In this document: positions 1-46,969 of the stretch, piece after piece
Layout: each line of letters starts with the position of its first letter
Position numbering within the stretch: the first letter of the stretch is position 1
NCBI GenBank assembly: GCA_040954595.2
Contig: CM082588.2
Coordinates: forward strand, 7,217,947-7,281,946
Direction: 5' to 3'
DNA: 64,000 nucleotides
Origin: Balanoglossus misakiensis
Taxonomy: Eukaryota; Animalia; Hemichordata
Notes under the pieces: model-generated
What the model saw: only the letters and a program-made list of their open reading frames with translations
The model's database searches: none
What the model was told of the DNA's origin: nothing
Translations under genes and position numbers: made by a program

Positions 1-3575
<3,575 letters not shown>

Positions 3576-5651
3576 GGCGTATACTTCAATCGTACAGCAT
3601 GCCTGTAAAATTGTATGAACTCAACTTCGAGATTTAGTAAATAGAAGGTGTTTACAGGTTTTATTTTCTCCCAAGTTTTTCCCTGGGAGACTAAAATACT
3701 TGAAATCTTAGGAATGAATATAGATACCATTCAGCCTCCGTGCAGTTTATAGTATCTTTTTGAATACAATACCATCTTGATTGTTATGTTGTAAATGGTT
3801 GTGTGTTCCTGCAGTGATATCTCGCGTCCTGTCCCACTATAGTCCTGTTTCAAAATGACCTACATTACACGTCCTAATACACATGTACAGCATACAACAC
3901 ATCTCTGCCACGCAGAGCTAGTATAGCATGCTCTGATTGGTTGATCTGCTTCTCTAAGGTCGACTGGCGGGGAGCTCATTGGAGGGACCTCATGCGTCTG
4001 GTGTCATTATTATGTATTATTCAATTTACAACTCCCTGATTGGTTAATGCGTAGAGATGTTCCTCTCATTATGCAGGACCGCATGTGTTAGGCTTCATTA
4101 CCATGCAGCAAATGCACCTTAAATAGTTAGATTGACCAATCACTGATGTCGGTACATATGTGATGGACGAGCTGACTTATGAAACAGGACATGCTGAAAC
4201 CAACCAAGTATTTTCAGTGACCTCCGCCATGCGCAGGTCAATAAACGTCCACTCATGACGATGTTTACTCAGCTATCTTCTAGCATATACATGTTGACGG
4301 GTGTGTCAAGGAACACATTTCACAATATAATTGAAATTTCTCAACAAAAACGATTTCCATGAACTTAAATGCACTGAACTAAATTTAAATGAACTAAATA
4401 AAACTGTAATTGTGTACATGGGCATATTTATCAAATTATGGTATATTCTGGGCGTGATAAGGGACTGGTGACCTAAATGTTGTCGTTACAACAGATAGAC
4501 TACAATAGTTGTCATTTTTTGTCGGTAGTGAATACTACATATGGAATACAACACGTTGACAAAGTAGAAATCATTTTAAATCATGTCAGTTCATAATAAA
4601 TAGGTAAAGTTAAAAAAACTCACTCAGCTGAGCAACTCTGTATCCGGGTTCAAATTTGCCAGCGGGAGTGACAACAGAGGTCGTTTAGCGTGGATGATTG
4701 CACTTTGACACGGATATAAATTCCAGGCTGTGACACTACGCAACACACAAAACAAAACTAAGCAACGCTGTCAGATCGAAACACTTCTCACATAAAGATT
4801 TGAAAGGGGGAGTCACTATTTTGGACACTGTTTTATCATGTTCTCTTTTCGCGTATTACACACTTACTGAATTATAGTGAGAATGGGGAGCATTTACCTT
4901 GATTTAAAAACCCTGCGAGTTAACCGGAAAATGCTGTAAAATCAGGCGGGACATTCGAAATCCTCGGGCCAATGTTTGTTATAGCACCATGACTCTATTC
5001 GTCTCCTGTATGTGGACATATAAATGACAAGGAGAGTAGAGCTACACCAGCCAGCAAGTCAACAAACAAATGACACAGACGGGGAGGACCATTTCGTAAC
5101 CTTGCGATTGAACCGTGACACTTACGAAGAACTATTGACCTCATGGTGGCTTTTAGATGACCGACATAAGAAAAAACACGTGTTCTACGTACCTGTGTGC
5201 ACTAAATTGGTTGAGACCAGGTCACGCCATAAAGTGAGAAGAAAATGGTGGACATATAAGCAATAAAATTACAAAGCAGTATCACAGATAACGAATTCTT
5301 CCAGACTTTATTAAATATTCAAATTACAAATTTTAATGTATTTAAAGATATTTACAATGATAATTTGCTGTAGAAAAAATATTGTCTTTGGGGGAAGGGT
5401 CACATTTTACAGTTTAGGTGTGCTCTGAATCCCCCCGCCCACCCGCTGTAATTTCTGAAGCCCCCCTAAGTCATAACAAGGATCGACTCTTTTGGAATTA
5501 GCCATTCATGGACTGTGCAATACAATATAGATAACCGTACCGTAAAAACAGCAAATCGGCAATTTTCGTGACGGCTCCCGTTTTCACATTTCCATTCTGC
5601 GCACGCGTCATTCAAATCCAACGGCCAACAGACGAACCCAAACAACATTTG

Positions 5652-5754
5652 GGGAGCCGTCATTATTTACGGCCGGGGGGGGGGGGGTACTCAGAATTTT
5701 AGAGTTTCTAGGGAAATTCCTCCGACCCCCAGGCCGTAAATAATGACGGCTCCC
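5652..5754. mobile_element. Small hairpin MITE (copy at ~28853-28950)
   Basis: GGGAGCCGTCATTATTTACGGCC ... GGCCGTAAATAATGACGGCTCCC, a perfect 23-bp inverted repeat. Confidence 0.7.
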
Positions 5755-8276
5755 TCGCCGTGGATAAATGAAAGGTGGTAAGAAATAAACATAGACATGA
5801 GCAGGTTTGGGTCTAAGCGAAAACCTTCAACCATCTAGCAGCATATGATAGATTTTCAAACAAGAAGGTCAACACACTCCATGAAGAAGTATGATGTAGC
5901 ATAATTCATGCATCGTTCAATCATATCAGCCATCTCAAAACTTTGGGTTATTTTGCTTCTAACATGCTGCTGTATCTTGACAACAGTCGCGAGTTTTTAC
6001 ACGGCGAACTTTCCTATGACTAAGAAAATGGGGGAAAGCTTGAAACCAAATCGCACCAATAAACACTCATCTCGAAGTTCGGCAGATGTTTTTCATCTAG
6101 CTGTGGAAACACAGCTGTTCCGCCCAGGGTGTATGCTAATTCATGAATTAGCATAATCGAACAGCTGCGTTTCCACAGCTATTTTTCATCCATACCTGCT
6201 ATCCTCTTTGCGCATTAATATCGACCTTCTCTGCGTTTTTGGGGGCAATTTCTGAGGGACCTATATACTCTCAATCGACATTCGGTATACCCTCCCGACT
6301 AATCCTTAAGGTAGCGGCGTTGTGATTGGCTATAAGTTTTTGCATCATATACAAAAGTCGATCTAGGGGTCTTAAAAAATCCCAGACGCGCTTTGTATGA
6401 TGGTTACGACAGCTTGCATTCACGCAAATATCAGCCGGATATCTCAAAGCATTGGCACAAAACATTGAGAAAACTGTTTTTGGGTGTTTTTTTAAATTTC
6501 CTGTCACGTGATATTTGTGCAAAAATTATCACACAGATGCCACTAAAATGTCCCCCTATAACTAAGCTTTCGGAAAATATATACTTTGGGGGAATTCTGA
6601 GTTCAAAAATTACCAGAGAAATGTTTATTTCAAAGAGTGAATTTCTTATTCTGCATCCTTAAAACAATTTAATACAAAGACACATTCTTATACTGTAAGC
6701 AAAATGCTGTAAATATTTCACACGTTTTTTTTAAATTCACTGTTTTCACCGATTGATAAATCTGTTACAATAAATCCCAGTGATTGTAAAATTACAATGA
6801 AGCACATTGTTATATAGCCAAATCCACCAATCTAATACCTAGTCAATGTGCCATAACACTAAAAGTGTGAAATTACATCTAGAGCTTTGTGTGCACGTAT
6901 TGCTTGCAAAACTGAGAGAGTTTGAGGGTACATCCAATAGATAAGACATAAGAATACTGTCAATCAAATTATGTGTAGACTAACATTTCAGAATTTATCA
7001 AATGCATTGTATTTGAATAGGATTATAAAAATACTGTTTACAAACATGTGACCTAGTTTTGAGTTATTTCGCCATACAGAAATATATTTTCTGGTAGTAA
7101 TTTTATGACAGATATTTTACGCGTATAATCTATAGTTGCATATTGTGACCAATAAAAAATGTGTTAAACATATTCTTACTGTAAGAAAAATGTATGCTGT
7201 AAAAACATTAATGTTTCACTCTGTTTTAATTTCACTTTTTTCAATGATTGATAAATCCGCTAAAATGAATCCAAGTGAAAATGTAAAATTACAATAAAAC
7301 TCCTTGTTATATAGCAAAATCCGTGTATTCAATACCTGCCCAATCACTGAAAGAGAGAAATGACATCTCAGTGAAAATAAATGCTTTAATAGTAACCCAC
7401 ATGAGAAGTGTAGTATATTCGTGATAAAAATATCCTGAAAACGGTTTTCAAATACATGAAATCACATTAAAAATGTTATATTCTGAATAATAGAACAGTC
7501 TAAAAGGGTATGCTGATTATATTTTGTTGAAAACAAATCCTTTTGAAGTAAGGTACTAGCTAAAAAATCCTATATATCTCACTGAAGAGTTTCTCACACA
7601 TTCCTGAAAACAACACACGAGTAGAATATTCAAAAGTATGGTAACAAAATCTTTTCTATTTTTAGAGTGATTAACTCTGCCTAACAATAACTATACTTCT
7701 CTTCATCTATGGTTCAAGTGTATATACTTCACTGTTGCTAAGTGTGCTGATGTTGCTATGCACACACGGAAGTTGCCTTTGGCGTTCATGGACGCCATAT
7801 TGGGCCACAGTAAATATAGACACTTCACCGAACTGCATTTATTTCAAATTGTTAATTATGGTGGAATATTCTAAAATATTCGCCTTGGATATCTGAACAA
7901 CAAGAGCTCTTCACAACAAAACCGTAGACGAGAACTTATTGAAACTATTAAAAGTAAAAAGCAGTGACGCAAAGTCGCCAAATGAATCAAAAAGTCCAAA
8001 TTGCCATGAGTGACTTTACACCTTAAGGGAACAATGCACTGACTACGGCATTTCCAAAGATTGACATTTCACACTAATTCATAGGCATTCTAAAATTATC
8101 TTTGTGATTTCTTCTTGATAATCATGTCAAATAGTTATCAATATGTGCTTAAATATGAGGAAAAAGTATAACTGTTACTTTACATTGTACTTTTTCAAAC
8201 GATTAGTGGATACCGGGACCATGCTTACATATAAAAGCACATTGTTTGGTCAAGGTCAGGGACTTTCCCCAATTAA

Positions 8277-8525
8277 AGGGACAAAGTGTCTCTCTCGCTG
8301 CCTCTTTTCCATTAATTATGTTTGACACAAGACACCGTTTATGTTAATGTTCATGTGGATATATAGTGAATCAACGTTCAACTACATACACCTTCCCGCT
8401 TGTATAATCAAAACTAGCCAAAATGAATAATCAGTCTTTACCATTTATTCACTTTGGGCAAGTTTTTACTCTCATGTCATACAAGCAGAGTGGAAGTTGT
8501 GTGTGGTTGAATGTTCAATGTTCAT
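8277..8525. mobile_element. Truncated copy of the same MITE downstream of the paralogue B stop; absent from unit A
   Basis: ttaaagggacaaagtgtctctctcgctgcc start and internal homology to 50295-50642. Confidence 0.7.
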
Positions 8526-8728
8526 AGGACTTTCCCAGATTTCGCGAATAAATCTCACACATTCTTGAAAACAATGAATCGTTAAAAGCATGGTAACAAA
8601 ATATTCTCCATTTCTAGAGTGATTATCTTTGCCTAACGATACCCACTTGTCTTCATCTAGTTCAAGTGTATATACCTTGCACTTACTGAATGGGCTGTGT
8701 TGCAACATACACACATAGTCTTTGGTGT

Positions 8729-26286
<17,558 letters not shown>

Positions 26287-27894
26287 GGTATATACTTCAA
26301 TCGTACAGCATGCCTGTAAAATTGTATGAACTCAACTTCGAGATTTAGTAAATAGAAGGTGTTTACAGTTTTTATTTTCTTCCAAGTTTTCCCCTGGGAG
26401 ACTAAAATACTTGATATCTTAGGAATGAATATAGATACCATTGCCTCCGTGCAGTTTATAGTATCATTTTGAATACAATACCATCTTGATTGTTATGTTG
26501 TAAATGGTTGTGTGTTCCTGCAGTAATATCTCGCGTTCTGTCCCACTAGTCCTGTTTCAAAATGACCTACATTGCACGTCCTATACACATGTATAGCATG
26601 CTCCGATTGGTTAATCTGCTTCTCTAAGGTCCACTGGCGGGGCACTGATTGGATGGACCTCATGCGCTAGGTCTCATTATTATGTATTATTCAATTTACA
26701 GCTCCCTGATTGGTTAATGCGTAGAGATGTTCCTCTCATTATGTAGGACCTCATGTGTTAGGTTTCACTACCATGCAGGAAGTGGACTTTAAATTACTAG
26801 ATGGACCAATCACTGATGTCGGTACATATGTGATGGACCTCAGACTTACGAAACAGGACTGCTGAAACCAACCAAATATTTTCAGTGACCTGCGCATGAC
26901 CTGCGCATGCCATGCGCAGGTCAATAAATGACCACTCATGACGATGTTTACTCAGCTATCTTCTAGCATATACATGATACACGAACTCTATTAATAGTCA
27001 GTCTGGTGTGTCAAGGAACACGTTTCAAAATATAATTGAAATTTCTCAACAAAAACGATTTCTGTGAACTAAACCGAAATGAACTAAATTAAAATGAATT
27101 AAATAAAACTGTAATTGTGTATACAAATTCAAGTATATTCTGGGCGTGATAAGGGACTGGTGACCTAAATATTGTCGTTACAACAAGTAGGCTACAATGC
27201 GTACTTAGTTGTCGCCATTTTTTGTGCCAACCTCAACCAGTACTGTAGTGGATTCTACATTAGAAATCGAATACGTTGACAAAGAAAAAATCATATTGAA
27301 TCATGTCAGTTCATAATAAATAAGTAAAGTTAAAAAAACTCACTCAGCTGCGCAACTCTGTATCCGGGTTCAAATTTGCCAGCGGGAGTGACAACAGAGG
27401 TCGTTTAGCGTGGATGATTGCACTTTGACACGGATATAAATTCCAGGCTGTGACACTATGCAACACACAACACAAAACTAAGCAACGCTGTCAGATGGAA
27501 ACACTTCTCACATAAAGATTTGAAAGGGGGAATCACTATTTTGAACACTGTTTTATCATGTTCTCTTTTCGCGTATTACACACTTACTGAATTATATTAA
27601 GAATGGGGAGCATTTACCTTGATTTAAAAAAACTGCGAGTTAACAGGAAAATGCTGTAAAATCAGGCGGGACATTCGAAATCCTCGGGCCAATGTTTGTT
27701 ATAGCACCATGACTCTATTCGTCTCCTGTATGTGGACATGTAAAAGACAAGGAGAGTAGAGCTAAAGCAGCCAGCAAGTCAACAAACAAATGACACAGAC
27801 GGGGATGACCATTTCACAACCTTGCGATTGAACCGTGACACAATCACGAAGAACTATTGACCTGGTGGCTTTTAGACGACCGACCTAAGAAAAA

Positions 27895-28384
27895 TCGCGT
27901 CAAGGACACGGTGGTCCCATTGAGTGATTACACAAGAAAAAGTCTACACCGGAGTACATGGCCATAGACAGACAGACACACACACACACACATAGAGAGA
28001 GATCAATGGGCAAACACTGACTGACCCATAAGCTGCCAATGGCATATGTACTGTACATACACTAAATAGAACAGCTGGCCTATTTAAAACTTAGCCAGTT
28101 TTGTAATCATTCAGGAATTTGCTGTGTATATAAATCTCAGGAAGGGGTTCCTGGACCAAATTCACATTTTTCCAGCTATTTTGCATATTTTTGGCAATGA
28201 CAACTTCATTTGAACAAACTCCCATCTACAGCCCAGCCTGCATCTACACACCAAATATTGAGGTCATACACGCTGCGGTTTTCAAGTTTTTGATGTGGAC
28301 GGACATCCATCCATCCATACATACATACATACAGACGCAACTGATTCCAAAAGGTCCCATGGTACATACCAATGGGACCTATAA
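27895..28384. mobile_element. Helentron/DINE-1-like non-autonomous element (copy ~45676-46084; absent from the homologous site near 5175)
   Basis: Subterminal ggtcccattg, internal (CA)n and (CATA)n microsatellites, terminal hairpin GGTCCCAT-ggtacatacca-ATGGGACC, inserted in an A-run. Family assignment is inferred from structure only. Confidence 0.55.
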
Positions 28385-31300
28385 AGACGTGTTCTTCGTA
28401 CCTGTGTGCACTAAATTGGTTGAGACCAGGTCACGCCATAAAGTGAGAAGAAAATGGTGGACATACAAGCAATAAAATGACAAAGCAGTATCACAGATAA
28501 CGAATACTTCCAGACTTTATTAAATATTCAAATTACAAATTTTAATATATTTAAAGCTATTTACAATGATAATTTGCTGTAGAAAAAATATTGTCTTTGG
28601 GGGAAGGGTCACATTTTACAGTTTAGGTGTGCTCTGAATCCCCCCGCCCACCCGCTGTAATTTCTGAAGCCCCCCTAAGTCATAACAAGGATCGACTCTT
28701 TTGGAGTTTGCCATTCATGGACTGTGCAATAAATAACCGTACCGTAAAAACAGCAAATCGGTGATTTTCGTGACGTCTCCCGTTTTCACATTTCCATTCT
28801 GCGCATGCGTCATTCAAATCCAACGGCCAACAGACGAACCCTAACAACATTTAGGAAGCCGTCATTATTTACGGCCGGGGGATACTCAGAAGTTTAGAGT
28901 TTCTAGTGAAATTCCTCCGACCCCCAGGCCGTAAAATAATGACGGCTCCCTCACCGTGGATAAATGGAATATGGTAAGAAATAAACATATACATGAGCAG
29001 GTTTGGGTCTAAGCGAAAACCTTCAACCATCTAGCAGCAGCAGCATATTATAGATTTTCAAACAAGAAGGTCAACACACTCCATGAAGATGTATGATGTA
29101 GCATAATTCATGCATCGTTCAATCATATCAGCCATCTCCAAACTTTGGGTTATTTTGCTTCTAACATGCTGCTCTATCTTGACAACAGTCGCGAGTTTTT
29201 ACACGGCGAACTGCTCCTATGACTAAGAAAATGAGGGAAAGCTTGAAACCAAATCGCACCAATAAACACTCATCTCGAAGTTCGGAAGAGGTTTTTCATC
29301 TAGCTGTGGAAACACAGCTGTTCCGCCCGGGGTGTATGCTAATTCATGAATTAGCATATCCCCCCCCCCCCCGGCGGAACAGCTGCGTTTCCACAGCTAT
29401 TTTTCATCCATACCTGCTATCCTCTTTGCGCATTAATATCGACCTTCTCTGCGTTCTGGGGGCAATTTCTGAGGGACATACTCTCAATCGACATTCGGTT
29501 TACCTTCTCGACCAATCCGTAAGGTAGCAGCGTTGTGATTGGCTATAAGTTTTTGCATCATATACAAAAGTCGATCTAGGGGTCTTAAAAAATCCCAGAC
29601 GCGCTTTGTATGATAGTTACGACAGCTTGCATTCACGCAAATATCAGCCGGATATCTCAAAGCATTGGCACAAAACATTGAGAAAACTGTTTTGGGGAAG
29701 GTTGTTTAAATTTCCTGTCACGTGATAGTTGTGCAAAAATTATCACACAGATGCCACTAAAATGTCCCCCTATAACTAAGCTTTCCGAAAATATATACTT
29801 TGGGGGAATTCTGAGTTCAAAAATTACCAGAGAAATGTTTATTTCAAAGAGTGAATTTCTTATTCTGCATCCTTAAAACAATTTAATACAAAGACACATT
29901 CTTATACTGTAAGCAAAATGCTGTAAATATTTCACACGTTTTTTTAAATTCACTGTTTTCACCGATTGATAAATCCGTTACAATAAATTCCAGTGATTGT
30001 AAAATTACAATAAAACTCATTGTTATATAGCCAAATCCACCAATCTAATACCTAGTCAATGTGCCATAACACTAAAAGTGTGAAATTACATCTCGAGCTT
30101 TGTGTGCACATATTGCTTGCAAAACTGAGAGTTTAAGGGTACACCCAATAGATAAGACATAAGAATACTGTCCTTAATTTCAATAAAATTATGTGTAGAC
30201 TAACATTTCAGAATTTATCAAATACATTTGAATGGGATTATAAAAATACTGTTTACAAACAGTGACCTAGTTTTGAGTTATTTCGCCATAAAGAAATATA
30301 TTTTCTGGTAGTAATTTTATGACAGACGTTTTACGCGTATAATCTATAGTTGCATATTGTGACCAATAAAAAATGTTTTAAACATATTCTTACTGTAAGA
30401 AAAATGTATGCTGTAAAAAAATTAATGTTTCACTCGGTTTTAATTTCACTTTTTTCAATGATTGATAAATCCGCTAAAATGAATGCAAGTGAAAATGTAA
30501 AATTACAATAAAACTCACTGTTATATAGCAAAATCCGTGTATTCAATACCTAGTGATTGTGCCCAATCACTGAAAGAGAGAAATGACATCTCAGTGAAAA
30601 TAAATGGTTTAAAAGTAACCCACGTGAGAAGTGTAGTATATTCGTGATAAAAGTATCCTGAAAACGGTTTTCAAATCCATGAAATCACATTAAAAGTTTT
30701 ATATTCTGAATAATAGAACAGTCTAAAAGGGTATAAATGCTGATTATATTTTGTTGAACACAAATCCTTTTGAAGTAAGGTACTAGCTATAAAATCCTAT
30801 ATATCGCACTAAAGAGTTTCTCACACATTCCTGAAAACAACACACGAGTAGAATCTTCAAAAGTATGGTAACAATTTTTTTTTTCTATTTTTAGAGTGAT
30901 TAACTCTGCCTAACAATAACTATACTTCTCTTCATCTATGGTTCAAGTGTATATACTTTACTGTTGCTAAGTGTGCTGATGTTGCTATGCACACACGGAA
31001 GTTGCCTTTGGCGTTCATGGACGCCATTTTGTGCCACAGTAAACATAGTAACTTCACCAAACTGCATTCTTTTCAAATTGTTACTTATGTTGGAATATTC
31101 TAAAATATTCGCCTTGGATATCTGAACAACAAGAGCTCTTCACAACAAAAACGTAGGCGAGAACTTATTGAAACTATTAAAAGTAAAAAGCAGTGACGCA
31201 AATTCGCCAAATGAATAAACAAAATCCAAATTTCCATGAGTATTTTACATCTTAAGGGAACAATGCACTGACTAGGGCATTTCTAAAGATTGACATTTCA

Positions 31301-31892
31301 CACTAATTCATATAGGCATTCTAAAATACTCTTTGTGATTTCTTGTTGATCATGACAGATAGTTATCAAAATGTGCACAAATATGAGGAAAAAGTATAAC
31401 TGTTACTTTACATTGTACTTTTTCAAACGATTAGTGGATACCGGGACCATGCTTACATATAAAAGCACATTGTTTGGTCAAGCTCAGGGACTTCCCCCAA
31501 TCCCTTTTAAGTATATGACTTCCACAAATTATTGTCAAAATTGAAACAGTGCCCCGATCTCTGTGTGCAAATACTGCTTACACAACTGAGAGTTTGAGGA
31601 TGCATCCAAAACAACATGCTGATTATACATTTTGTAGAATAGAAGTAATTTGAAGTAAGGTCCTCTGTAAGATCGCACAGAAGTAGTTGTATGCAGTAAT
31701 TTTGTTCATTGTTTTGACATGGAACTCATTCTGAGTTCAAGTTGCCCGGCCCCATACACCAAACATTTACAGATCCTTCATAGGAATATCTCAGATTGCC
31801 TAACGGTACCTACTTCTTTAATTTATGTCTTGTTCAAGTGCATTTACATTGCAGTCACTGAGTGTCTGTTGTTGCAACATAGTCTTTGGTGT

Positions 31893-44102
<12,210 letters not shown>

Positions 44103-46969
44103 GGCATATACTTCAATCGTACAGCATGCCTGTAAAATTGTATGAACTCAACTTCGAGATTTAGTAAATAGAAGGTGTTTACAGGTTTTATTAAGTTTTC
44201 CCCGGAGAGTAAAATTATTGATATCTTAGGAATGAATATAGATACCGTGCAGTTAAGTATCATTTTGAATACAATAGACCATCTTGATTGTTATGTTGTA
44301 AATGGTTGTGTGTTCCTGCAGTGATATCTCGCATCCTGTCCCACTAGTCCTGTTTCAAAATGACCTACATTACACGTCCTATACACATGTATAGTATATT
44401 CTCTGATTGGTTGATCTGCTTCTCTAAGGTCCACTGGCGGGGAGCTGATTGGAGGGACCTCATGCGCTAGGTCTCATTATTATGTATTATTCAATTTACA
44501 GCTCCCTGATTGGTTAATGCGTAGAGATGTTCCTCTCATTAAGTAGGACCTCATGTGTTAGGTTTCATTACTATGCCGCAAGTGGACCTTAAATTACTAG
44601 ATGGACCAATCACTGATGTCGGTACATATGTGATGGACCTCAGACTAATGAAACAGGACTGCTGAAACCAACCAAGTATTTTCAGTGACCTCTGCCATGC
44701 GCAGGTCAATAAACGTCCATTTATGACTATGTTTACTCAGCTATGTTGTAGCATACACGAACTCTATTGATATTCATTCAGGTGTGTCAAGGAAAACATA
44801 TAATTGAAATTTCTCAACAAAAACGATTTCTGTGAACTTAACCGAATTGAACTAAATTTAAATGAACTAAATAAAATTGTACTTGTGTACATGTGCATAT
44901 TTATCAAATTATGGTATATTCTGGGCGAGATAAGGGACTGGTGACCTAAATATTGTCGTTACAACAAGTAGGCTACAATGCTTACTTAGTTGTCGTCATT
45001 TTTTGTGCCAACCTCTACCAGTACTGTAGTGGATTCTACATCAGGAATAGAATATGTTGACAAAGTAAAAATCATATTGAATCATGTTAGTTCATAATAA
45101 ATAAGTAAAGTTAAAAAAACTCACTCAGCTGCGAAACTCTTTATCCGGGTTCAAATTTGCCAGCGGGAGTGACAACAGAGGTCGTTTAGCGTGGATGATT
45201 GCACTTTGACACGGCTATAAATACCAGGCTGTGAAACTGCGCAACACACAACACAAAACTAAGCAACGCTGTCAGATGGAAACACTTCTCACATAAAGAT
45301 TTGAAAGGGGGGATCACTATTTTGGACACTGTTTTATCATGTTCTCTTTTCGCGTATTACACACTTACTGAATTATATTGAGAATGGGGAGCATTTACCT
45401 TGAGTTAAAAAACCTGCGAGTTAACAGGAAAATGCTGTTAAATCAGGCGGGACATTCAAAATCCTCGGGCCAATATTTGTTATAGCACCATGACTCTATT
45501 CGTCTCCTGTATGTGGACATGTAAATGACAAGGAGAGTAGAGCTAAACCAGCCAGCAAGTCAACAAACAAATGACACAGACAGGGAGGACAATTTCATAA
45601 CCTTGCGATTCAACCGTGACACAATTATGAAGAACTATTGACCTGGTGGCTTTGAGACGACCGACATAAGGAAAAATCGCGTCAACGACACGGTGATCCC
45701 ATCGAAGGATTACACAAGAAAAAGTCTACACCGGAGTACATGGCCATATACAGACACACACACACACACACACATAGAGAGAGATCAATGGGCAAAGCAA
45801 TCTGACCAGTAGTTCTTGAGTTACCGAGTTTTGACCAAATTCACATTTTTCCAGCTAATTTGCATATTTTTGGCAATGACAACTTCATTTGAACAAACTC
45901 CCATCTACAGCCCAGCCTGCATCTGCACACCAAATATTGAGGTCATACACGCTGCGGTTTTCAAGTTTTTGATGTGGACGGACATACAGACAGACATACA
46001 TCCATTCATCCATACATACATACATACATACAGACGCAACTGATTCCATAAGGTCCCATGGTACATACCAATGGGACCTATAAACACATGTTCTTCGTAC
46101 CTGTGTGCACTAAATTGGTTGAGACCAGGTCAATGTGAGAAGAAAATGGTGGACATATAAGCAATACAATGATGACAAAGCAGTATCACAGAGAACGAAT
46201 TCTTCCAGACTTTATTAAATATTCAAATTACAAATTTTGATGTATTTAAAGCTATTTACAATGATAATTTGCTGTAGAAAAAAAATATTTACATGCGTCC
46301 CAAATCATTTATTTCTGCATGCAACTTCATTATTAGAATTATGAAGTGTGCAAGTGTTCACAGGTTAAATTTCTGTACACAAATAAAACAAAACTACTCT
46401 AGTATATACAGTTCTATACTGACCACTCTTGTATAATTTATGCATCTGATCATTTACCATGGCATATGCTGTCATAAAAATAAGTCTGCTACCATCACTG
46501 AAGTGGTATCATTCATGTGAATGCGTGAACTGTGATACAACCATGGAACTTTCACAGAAAACTGTAATGTATTCTTCAGTCAGTATTGTCTGTTAAATTG
46601 TCCGTCTGTCTGTCTGTCTGTCGCTGTGTATAAAGTGTCACTGTGATACAGCTTGTAATTCTGACTTGCTTTCGAAAAGTTTAATAAAATAAATAAATAA
46701 TTTTTGTACAATTATATCAATGCATCCATTTTGGGACCAATAATAATGTTTTCTCTTATGTACATTTCAAACTAAGACAAATATAAAAGTAAAAATGATA
46801 ATTTTTTTTTTTTCCAAAATGAGAAATATATAAATGTTCTTTTTTTTTGGTTGGTACAAATCCATACACAGCTGCAAAATGGTCCATTTTTGATGCATGG
46901 AGATCTCAACATTTCCTGCATTGTCTTCTAAAATCTCATTCCGGCATCATGTCTGTTCAGCTGTTGTCC

